64,000 bases of DNA from Octopus vulgaris. Its lineage: Eukaryota. A model generated the notes under the pieces. It did no database searches. It was not told the origin of the DNA and worked only from the letters and a program-made list of their open reading frames with translations. Below, piece after piece: positions 53,754 through 64,000 of the stretch. How positions within the stretch are numbered: position 1 is the first letter of the stretch; every line of letters starts with the position of its first letter. The stretch is taken from positions 36,394,001 through 36,458,000 of the forward strand of contig OX597838.1 of the NCBI GenBank assembly GCA_951406725.2. The letters are read 5' to 3'. Both the position numbers and the translations under genes were made by a program.

Positions 53754-54240
53754 TCATCATTTTCTATGGCAGCCCTTAAACAGCACCTCCTCCACCACAA
53801 CCACCACCACCATTACCCTTCTCTTAGCATTCATCATTTTTCTACGGCAGCCCTTAAACAGCACCTCCACCACCACAACCACCACCACCATTACCCTTCT
53901 CTTAGCATTCATCATTTTTCTACGGCAGCCCCTAAACAGCACCTCCACCACCACAACCACCACCACCATTACCCTTCTCTTAGCATTCATCATTTTTCTA
54001 CGGCAGCCCCTAAACAGCACCTCCACCACCACAACCACCACCACCATTACCCTTCTCTTAGCATTCATCATTTTTCTATGGCAGCCCTTAAACAGCACCT
54101 CCACCACCACCACCACCACCACCACCACCACCATTACCCTTCCCTTAGCATTCATCATTTTTCTATGGCAGCCCTTAAACAGCACCTCCACCACCACCAC
54201 CACCATCATCATCACCACCACCACCATCATCATCATCATC
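53754..54240. repeat. 78-bp minisatellite, ~6 units with variable (CAC)n
   Basis: Units start at 53832, 53910 and onward: CATCATTTTTCTA(C/T)GGCAGCCC(T/C)TAAACAGCACCTCC. Confidence 0.93.
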
Positions 54241-55167
54241 ATTCCCATCATCATCATCAATGGTGCTTTTATTCCTTCGTTTTCTCTTTCTCTTTCCAGT
54301 TTATTCATTTCCGACAGCAAAGCTTTTGCATTCGGATAATACACGTACCGTCATTGTTGTTGTTCACTGTCGCGTTGCTCGCTCGTTAGCTCGTTCGTTT
54401 GTTTGGTCCTTTTGGTCGACCCTTAATTGCACCTTGGTCTTTTGCGATCCCGCCTGGGTATTATTGTTCATTGTTAAGTAAGCGATTTGCTGCACAAAAC
54501 ACTGAGAGGCCTCTCTGCCTGTTCTTTGCGTTTATTTCTGTTTCCTCGGTATTGGTGTTCCTCGGTATTTGCACATTCTTGGTTAAAGTGGTAGCGAAAG
54601 AGCGGGGGGGGGGGGGAAGATGAAGGAGGGCGTCAAACGGGGGGAGAAAAAGGATGAAGTGGATGAAAATGAAGATAAGGAGGAGGAGGAGGATAAGTAA
54701 AGTGTCATCAACTGCTACAAAACGCCTGCTACTCCATCCCCCGCACCCTACTGTACCGCATCGCACTGCATCGTACTGCATCATACCCCGCTGCACTGCA
54801 ATGTATCACAGTGCACTCATTAGACTACAGCAATTAGCCATGTGATTGCATGTCATTGAACAACATCACACCAAGCTTCAATGCACAATGCAACATCACA
54901 TCGCACCACACTGCATCATCTTGTGAGAACTTGGTGCACCTTATCACACATCATCATATCGCACATAATCACAAGATTTGACGACAGAACATCTTATGAC
55001 TTCTACTTCACACTACACTACATTGGCATTATAACAAACTGGGGTTATGTGTGTATATATATATATATGCATGCTAGTTTGTGCATGTATGTGTGTGAAT
55101 GTATAGTTGTATCTGTCAATCTGCTTTCTGTGTATCAATCAATCTATTTATCTTGGTGTGTATGTAT

Positions 55168-55570
55168 GCGTAGGAGGAGTGGATGCGTAGTAAGTAGCTT
55201 GCTTATGAACCATATGGTTCCGGGTTCAGTCCCACTGTGTGGCACCTTGGGTAAGTGTCTTCTACTATAGCCTCGGGCCGACCAAAGCCTTGTGAATGGA
55301 TTTAGTAGACGGAAACTGAAAGAAGCCTGTTGTATATATGTATATGTATATGTATATATATGCATGTGTGTATGTATATGGCTTTGTGTCTGTGTTTGTC
55401 CACCCAACATCACTTGACAACCGATGCTGGTGTGTTTATGTCCCATAACTTAGTGGTTCGGTAAAAGAGACCGATAGAATAAGTACTGGGCTTACAAAGA
55501 ATAAGTCCCGGGGTCGATTTGCTCGACTAAAGGCAGTCCTCCAGCATGGCCACAGTCAAATAAAAGAGTA
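55168..55570 (+). mobile_element. SINE family A
   Basis: Full-length copy. Confidence 0.9.
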
Positions 55571-56397
55571 TACATATGTGTATGCTAGTATGTGTGTGTG
55601 TGTGTGCGTGAATGTATACATGTATCTGTTAGTTTGTTTATCCATCTAGTTTCCTGTGTCTCTCTAAGTCCAACTAGTCAATCTATTTACCTGTGTGTGC
55701 AATGTGTGTGTATATATACATCATCATCATCATCATTTAGAGTCTGCTTTCCATGCTAGCATGGGTTGGATGGTTCAACTGGGGTCTGGGAAGCCAGAAG
55801 GCTGCACCAGGCCCAGTCTGATCTAGCAATGTTTCTATGGCTGGATGCCCTTCCTAACGCCAACCACTCCGTGAGTGTAGTGGGTGCTTTTTACGTGCCA
55901 GACGAGGCTGTCAAAAGGCCATGATCGGATGGTGCTTTTTACGTGCCACCAGCACGGAACATAAATATATAAGTACATACACATGTGTGCGTGTGTTTAT
56001 GTCCCCATAAGCTAGTGGTTCGACAAAGGAGATCGATAGAATAAGTACTAGGCTCACAAAGAATGAGTCCTGGAGTCGATTTCTTCAACTTAAAACCCTA
56101 TAAGGTGGTGCTCCAGCATGGTCGCAATCAATTGACAGAAACAAGTAAAAGAATAAAAGGATGTATATATTTATATGCACTCACTCACATGCATGCACAA
56201 TATAGATTTTTATGGAAGGTTTTAATTTAGATGAATTTGACACATGAGGGAAGTTTGTATTATAGAATCAAGGGTGGGGGATGTTTCTCGGGTAGAATGG
56301 TATTAAAAGGGTGAAATATCTAGTATTTCAAAATATTAGAACATAATACCTGAACACACAAGACAGATCAATCAATCAATCAATAAAATAGATCAAA

Positions 56398-56750
56398 TCT
56401 TTATATATAAAAATGTAGTTGTGTGTGAGACTCTGTCTCCTCCGATTTAGATTCCTAACTACTCCCACATTTTGCGGTGCAGTTTAACCAAAAGCGAGTA
56501 TCTTATAGTCGTGATTCATATCGAGCCCTTCCGAGTATTAGCGCGCGTCTACGATGAGTCTACGATTTAAAAAAAAATTTACCATAATTTTTCCGTATCT
56601 TTAATGCATTTTCGCTCGGTTACTTCCCTTCTATAAACCGAGTGAAAATGCATTAAAGATACGGAAAAATGATGGTAAATTTTTTTTTTAAATCGTAGAC
56701 TCATTGTAGACGCACACTAATACTCAGAAGGGCTCGATATGAATCACGAC
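56398..56750 (+). mobile_element. Helitron 5' part with fold-back duplication
   Basis: Same family as 26550-26855. Arms 56508-56621 and 56636-56750; no CTAG end. Confidence 0.85.
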
Positions 56751-56860
56751 AGAATGAAAGGCAAAGTCGACCTCGGTGGAATTTGAACTCAGAACGTAAT
56801 GGCAGACAAAATACAGCTAAGCATTTCACCTGGTGTGCTAACGCTTCTGCCAGCACACCA

Positions 56861-57246
56861 GCCAGTTTTCTGACGGAGTGAGGAGGATTTCACCGTACCT
56901 TTTCTCTGGTGTTTTTGATAAGCTGAGGGGTTTGCACACTTTTTTATTAGCCATATCCTGGTCAATCTGCGATGGAACCAGTCTCTTGAAATTTCTTGAC
57001 CATCTTCCAGACTGTTGTTCAGTTAATTTTAAACTCTTTTGCTATAGCTGTATTACTTTTGCCTCCTTTGTGGAGGAGGGTTATGATTGTTTTTCGGTAT
57101 ATAGCTATTATCAAATATATAAACCTGAATTTATTTAGTCTGAAACGAAAAGAAGACACAATAACCTTTTAAAATGATGTACAATTTTCATATTTCATTT
57201 ATTGATAAGCCCAAAACTTCAGTTGCCTTAACTTCGGGACACTCTC
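56861..57246 (-). pseudogene. Tc1/mariner-superfamily transposase N-terminal (HTH) relic with TIR-like end
   Basis: Minus frame YRKTIITLLHKGGKSNTAIAKEFKIN*TTVWKMVKKFQETGSIAD*PGYG**KSVQTPQLIKNTREKVR*NP; terminus TA-GAGAGTGTCCCGAAGTT. Confidence 0.8.
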
Positions 57247-57349
57247 TATGTGTTATATAGATAAATATATATATATATATATATATGAATGAACATATAT
57301 ATATATATGAATGAACATATATATGTTATAAATATAAGTTTTATATATA

Positions 57350-57832
57350 TATTGTTATATTTCGGAATGGTCATATTGCCAGTTTAGCCAATAAAAACAC
57401 ACGCACTATATATTTGGTGTTATTTTGCTTCAGTGATATTTATTTTTTACATTAATCTTAATCTTATTTCGGCCAAAGTTCTTTCGTCACACTCCTGTGA
57501 CCGCATCAGTGGTCCTTTGTTTTCTTCTCACTTATTTGTGTCTCTCCTTACTAACCGTCAGCCATTTTGTATTTCTATTGTATGTCTTCATTTGCGCATG
57601 CTTATATCTCTATGTGCGTCTATGTTTATTTAGTGTGTGTGTGTGGGGGGGATGCCTGTAATATTTGTATCTTCTGTTTATATACATTCTTGTAATTTGT
57701 ATTTTGTTTTTGTTGTTGTTGCTTTTGTTCTAATTTTGTTCATGTGTTTACATCCACCCATTATTATCATTACATATGTTTGTATGTATGTATAACAACA
57801 ATATTAGTAATAATAATAATAAATCTAATCGA

Positions 57833-57881
<49 letters not shown>

Positions 57882-57890
57882 TATATACAC

Positions 57891-57922
<32 letters not shown>

Positions 57923-58225
57923 ACATACATAGATATATATACATATATATAGTTATTCATTTCTATTTCTTTAATTATCTGTGTATTTATTATGTTTGCA
58001 GGATCCACTATCGTCATATGTTGTGGTGTGTGCTATTGCTCCATTCTAGTTTTCTATTCAGGCTAGGTTTATTTTCTATTATATGTGTAGCTTCTGTAAT
58101 TTGTCTAATTGTTGCATCTGTTCTATGTGTGGACAATATCTTAATCTCTATGTTATTGATTGATCCCCCGTGTTCCTGTTTGGCGTGTTGGTACAGAATC
58201 TTGCACAACAAATATTTAAACGTAC
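57350..58225 (-). mobile_element. 3' end of a Penelope-like element: GIY-YIG C-terminus plus pLTR
   Basis: 58211-58014 translates [39 protein letters not shown]. Downstream hammerhead-like motif at 57512-57473. Confidence 0.85.
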
Positions 58226-58226
58226 T

Positions 58227-58263
<37 letters not shown>

Positions 58264-58298
58264 GTGTGTGTATTTATATATTTATGTATATCTGTTTC

Positions 58299-58392
<94 letters not shown>

Positions 58393-58558
58393 TTAGAGGT
58401 TCGGCAAAAGAGACCGATAGAATAAGTACTGGGCTTACAAAAGAATAAGTCCCGGGGTCGAGTTGCTCGATTAAAGGCGGTGCTCCAGCATGGCAGCAGT
58501 CAAATGACTGAAACGAGTAAAAGAGTAAAAGAGAGTATTTATATATATATGTGTATGT

Positions 58559-58632
<74 letters not shown>

Positions 58633-58814
58633 ACACATATATATAAATATGTATATATAAATATATATGTTTATAGGTATATATATATATAGATATATAT
58701 ATATATTTCTTTATACACACATATGTATATATATATCAGCATGTTTATATAAATATATTTGTGCATATGTATATACATGTATATTTATATATGTAGATAT
58801 GTATATGTATGTAG

Positions 58815-58872
<58 letters not shown>

Positions 58873-58903
58873 GTTTATATATATATGTATATATATATAT
58901 ATA

Positions 58904-58978
<75 letters not shown>

Positions 58979-59517
58979 TGCAAATATACATGTATATATA
59001 CATGCCTTACATGTCAGAAAGTGTTATGTAACATACCGAACACGGCCATGTCATAGTAATTAACGCGCGCCATATCGTACAGACATAAGCAATTAACAGA
59101 CAGGTTAAATACATGAGAGACCATGCGACCGTAAATATACAAGCTGTATGTTACGGTAATGAGAATTTCCAATGTCAGCTCAAAGCCACATCAAGTCGGC
59201 ATTGATGTTGTCAATGTTCTTTAGACTGTGGTTAGTACTGATCGAACAGATATGATGAAAGGCATTCCAACTTTTGACAGACATCTTGTATTCCTTGTAA
59301 TACACGATGTATGTATAACATATACATAACATATACATAACATGTTCATGTCATGCATTGCTTTCTGTGTCTATATATCTTATCTGTCTATCTGTTTGCC
59401 TATCCATCTACGTAATTATCTATATTTATTTCTATCTATTTATCTCATCCGTCTGTCTATTTGTCTTATCTACACACTTACCTACCTACCCACCCAAGTA
59501 TTTTATTATATCATACT

Positions 59518-59551
<34 letters not shown>

Positions 59552-59622
59552 CAAGCCAGTGTTCAAGCGTGCAGCACTGCTCTAGCATGCCTGCGGTCAA
59601 AGGATTGAAACAAGTAAAAGAA

Positions 59623-60007
59623 TGTGTGGTAAGTAGCTTGTTTACCAACCACATGGTTCCGGGTTCAGTCCCACTGCGTGTCATCTTGGTCAAGTGTCTT
59701 CTACTATAGCTTCGGACCGACCAAAGCCTTGTGAGTGGATTTGGTAGACGGAAACTGAAAGAAGCCCGACGTATATATATATATATATATATGCGTGTGT
59801 GTGTTTGTGTGTCTGTGTTTGTCTCCCTAGCATTGCTTGACAACCGATGCTGGTGTGTTTATGTTCCCGTTACTTAGCGGTTTGGCAAAGGAGACCGATA
59901 GAATAAGTACTGGGCTTACAAAAGAATAAGTCCCGGGGTCGAGTTGCTCGATGAAAGGCGGTGCTCCAGCATGGCCACAGTCAAATGACTGAAACAAGTA
60001 AAAGAGT
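59623..60007 (+). mobile_element. SINE family A
   Basis: Consensus match. Confidence 0.9.
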
Positions 60008-60587
60008 ATGCATATATATTATACATATGTAAAATATATTTATCATATATATTCATGTTGTTTGTTCCTTCTCGAGCCACGCCTTGCTCATAGGGCCGAT
60101 TTCCTTGGCGTATAAGTTCCCCACTTGGACAGGAAGCCGGTCCGTCGCAGGTGAGCTGCACGTTGCAAGAGAGGGAGAAAGTTGTGGCGAAAGAGTCAAT
60201 AGAAGTTCGCCATTACCTTCTGCTGGAGCTTTGGTGTTTCTGTGTGGAGCTTAGGAGTTTTGCTCATAAACACACACATCGCCTGGTCTGAGATTTGAAC
60301 CCACGATCCCACTAGGCCATGTGCCTCCATATATACATATAAAAATTAGATTAGAGATAAAACCACTATTAGGCAACTAACTTTTCCCTGTAAGTTTGGA
60401 TATACTCCCTAATACACACACACACATACAATGAGCTTAATTCATCTTCCATCTGTCAAATCCAGTCACAAGGCTATAGTGGAAGATACTTGCTGAAGGT
60501 GCCATGCAGTGGGACTGAACCTGGAACCTGTGTGTTTGGGAAGCAAGCTTCTTATCACACAGCCATGCTTGCACACACTCACACACA

Positions 60588-60646
<59 letters not shown>

Positions 60647-60725
60647 GCATACATGTATATAAACAATTGGTGATGCTAACAGGAAAATAGAACTCAGTAC
60701 ATGGGAATATATATTTTGCCAAATT

Positions 60726-60761
<36 letters not shown>

Positions 60762-61090
60762 TTATATATATGTGTGTATATATATATATGTGTATGTATC
60801 AAAAGGATGTGTTTTAACACTATTCCACATATACGAAAACAGCCATACCAACAATCCAGCATACCTCCATCATCAGCTGCCCTACAGATATCATTATGGT
60901 TTTGACACCTGGGCACTACCATTCAATCTGGTGGTGTCAACAGCACTAAAAGAAGTGTTGTTGGAGAACAAATATACAAAAAAAACTACAACTTTCAAGC
61001 ACATTTACTTGATGTACAATAGTATTCAATCTAAATATAAGCAGGATTAAACACTAACTTTAAAATTAAACTATAAGAAACACATAAATC

Positions 61091-61505
61091 GGATCTTTTC
61101 AGTTTGAACGGCAGTTTTTAATATAATTTCTATGTAACTAAGAATGTTAAACTTCGTATACTGGTAGAATGTGTTTATAAAACATCTTTTTCTCTTGGCT
61201 TTATTGAGAAAATTCTATAGTTTGTAAGATATTTGTTGTTTTTTTTTCTTCAATTTCTGCAATTTCAACCAATCAGTGATGTCTATTGAGGTAGATAACA
61301 TTCTGTGCCGTATGAATATGTCCCTCGTTTAAGAAACAGATTGGGTTTATTTACATTTGTGAAGAAAAAAAATACCCTTCCCCCCACCCCTAACCCTAAC
61401 CCTAACCCTAAAATAAATGCAATAGATCGATACTAGGGTCATAATTATGGGTGACAATTTCATATGACACCACTAGAAAAACTGCTGTTCAAACCGAAAA
61501 GATCC
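61091..61505. mobile_element. MITE with 28-bp TIRs and 8-bp TSD (Merlin-like), internal (CCCTAA)4
   Basis: TIRs GGATCTTTTCAGTTTGAACGGCAGTTTT and AAAACTGCTGTTCAAACCGAAAAGATCC; TSD CATAAATC / TATAAATC. Confidence 0.82.
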
Positions 61506-61694
61506 TATAAATCTACTATAATAAAAGAAATTCAAAGCTTTATTTCAATTCTCTCCAAAACAAAACATGATTGAATTTTATTTAACGAATATTATAATAA
61601 TCATGAGTTAAGTACATTATTTCATAATTAAAAAGTTGATAATAAAATCACTATATACTCTTAATATATATTACCCTCACAGGCTAAAATGTAA

Positions 61695-61740
61695 ACTTAC
61701 CTGTAACGAATAGAGACATTAAATTAATTAAATAGGAATT
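61695..61740 (-). other. Candidate recursive splice site (ratchet point) at 61701|61700
   Basis: Minus strand ttaatttaatgtctctattcgttaCAG|GTAAGT. Confidence 0.5.
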
Positions 61741-61844
61741 AATAAAAGCATGCTTTGTAATTAACAATTATTTTAAAACTTTACTACGATTAGAGCTAAA
61801 TTAAAACAGTTTAAACGATGATAAACCTGCAGAGTATTAGCACT

Positions 61845-62064
61845 TACTCTTTTTACTCTTTTACTTGTTTCAGTCATTTGACTGCGGCCATGCTGGAGCA
61901 CCACCTTTAGTCGAGCAAATTGACCCCGGGACTTATTCTTTGTAAGCCCAGTACTTATTCTATCGGTCTCTTTTGCTGAACCGCTAAGTGACGGGGACAT
62001 AAACACACCAGCATCAGTTGTCAAGCAATGCTAGGGGGACAAACACAGACACACACACAAACAC

Positions 62065-62104
<40 letters not shown>

Positions 62105-62274
62105 ATATATACGACAGGCTTCTTTCAGTTTCCGTCTACCAAATCCACTCACAAGGCATTGGTCGGCCCGGGGCTATAGCAGAAGACACTTGCCCAAGAT
62201 GCCACACAGTGGCACTGAACCCGGAACCATGTTGTTGGTTAGCAAGCTACTTACCACACAGCCACTCCTGCGCC
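61845..62274 (-). mobile_element. SINE family A
   Basis: Full-length copy. Confidence 0.9.
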
Positions 62275-63169
62275 TTATATATTTTTTCAAACCATGTGGT
62301 TGCATCACTTTTAGAACTTAAAAGTGAATGGGGCTAAGTTGTCAAACATTTAAACCAAATTTTCTCAAAACAACTTGTTCACCCGTCCCATAGGCCTTCC
62401 CCTTTGAGAAACACTTATTTAACCTAAATTTTCAGACACCAGCAAAAGAAGAAATAAAGATAGAAAAATGCATGTTCCCACGTTTTTATTGATTGCATTC
62501 TCACCTGGAATCGATTTTTGTAATTTTGTCAAGACTTATACATACCCTGATACCGTCAGTATCTACATATCAAGTATGAGCGCAATCGGGTAGAGGATGC
62601 CCGAGATCCGAGAAGACACACAGACAGAACGGATTTTATATAATATGTATACATATGTATATATCTGTGTGTGTCTGTGTCTTAGTGTCTTTTGTTTGTC
62701 TTTTTCCCCTCCCCTGCCACTTGACAATCAGTGTTGGGTTGCTTATATCCCTGTAACTTAGCAGTTCAGCAAAAGATCCCAATTGAATAAGAACTAGACT
62801 TAGAAAGCTCAAAGGTAAAAAAAAAAAAATGTTTAGTCCTTGGATCAATTTGTTTGAATACAATCCTTGAAGTTGGGGCCCCAGCATGGCCACAGTCGAA
62901 AGAGTGAAACAAAAAAAAGGAATTAAAGATATATATTCAAACTCTGTTATTTAAAAAATAGAATTTCATTTAAAAAAAAAATTTGAATCAAAGATATAAA
63001 ATCAAAAATCCTAAGCAACCAAGGATTTGAACTTGGAATCAAAACAGTTTTTAATTAAAAGGATAATTTGTCTGGCATTGTAATCTTCTCACCGTTCCTC
63101 CAGTTTACCAGTCTGATGCTATCATGGTCTTATGTTTGTAAAGTAACAATACACACTTTTTCTCCTTAC

Positions 63170-63204
<35 letters not shown>

Positions 63205-63207
<3 letters not shown>

Positions 63208-63543
63208 AGATGAGAAAATGGAGAAATACATCTAAATCAAATATCAATTACCAGATAATACTCAATCACATACTTTATTAAACCACCACATAAGAGACTG
63301 TAGGGTTAAACATAAAAAAGCAGAACAAGTCAGTGTACATAAAGGAATGTACGTAAAAAAAGTGTACATAAAAGAATAATGTTGTATAATAAGTAGAATA
63401 TATATAAAAAAGAGAATATACATATAAGTAAATATAAATATAAGTATAGATTACATCTTACAGCTGTTTCGGCCATGTAGTTAAGAATGTCTCATTCTAC
63501 CAATATTAGCCTTGTATGGTAGGTCAATATAAATGAGACATTT

Positions 63544-63545
<2 letters not shown>
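63205..63545 (-). mobile_element. Penelope-pLTR-like island with the 3' half of a hammerhead
   Basis: Minus strand ggcc-GAAA-cagctg-TA-aga at 63474-63456; the 5' half is lost at the (TA)n/mariner boundary. Confidence 0.55.
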
Positions 63546-63574
<29 letters not shown>

Positions 63575-63578
<4 letters not shown>

Positions 63579-64000
63579 GTTATCCGGAAAGTTCGTGCTG
63601 AATTTTAAAGGAAAGAAAAAGGTCAATAAATACTTGCCATTAAATTTTTAATCAACCAAATATGAACCATTTTGTTGTACAATGCGTCTCCATCTTTCCT
63701 TTTACTTGAAAATACCCTCTTTCCAGAATTGAGGGGGTTTCATGGCAACAAATTCATCAAAGTATCTTTTTACATCATCCAAGGAATCAAAATTTTTACC
63801 ATTAAGACTATTCTGCAGGGACCCGAATAAGTGGAAATCCGAAGGAGCAATACCTGGTGAATATGGAGGGTGGGGTAACACATCCCAGCCGAGCTGCAGC
63901 AACTTTTGTCTGGTTCCCAAAGCATCAAGTGCCAAAAATGAGCTTTCTTATCTTCCATTTTAAAGGGTTACAGAATTAACACAGGTTATAGGAACATAAA
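63575..64000 (-). mobile_element. Internally deleted mariner, second copy, running off the window
   Basis: TIR TTGGGTTATCCGGAAAGTTCGTG; LPHPPYSPGIAPSDFHLF; same deletion junction as 16596-17183. Confidence 0.92.

Noticed and set aside
61388-61411. Chromosome end or fusion telomere
   Set aside because: Only four units, internal to a TIR-bounded element.

Overview
Eukaryotic, AT-rich, repeat-saturated 64 kb with no recognisable intact protein-coding gene. The SINE families and microsatellite load look like an octopus (coleoid cephalopod) genome; this is pattern recognition, not a database result. Content: 25+ copies of a ~400-bp tRNA-derived SINE with an internal (TA)n/(TG)n tract, several other SINE families, 3' fragments of RTE and R4/Dong LINEs, a Penelope GIY-YIG fragment, three non-autonomous Helitrons, mariner/Tc1 relics, piggyBac-type and Merlin-type MITEs, and long simple repeats. 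Nearly all long ORFs in the track are microsatellite artefacts. The main unannotated signal is about a dozen minimal type-I hammerhead ribozyme motifs from roughly eight unrelated-looking families. They lie mostly in short islands inside (TA)n tracts, several within fold-back palindromes, and one lies directly downstream of the Penelope endonuclease fragment. A second signal is a set of isolated strong splice sites, including AG|GT recursive-splice-like junctions, which suggests the window lies in very long introns.
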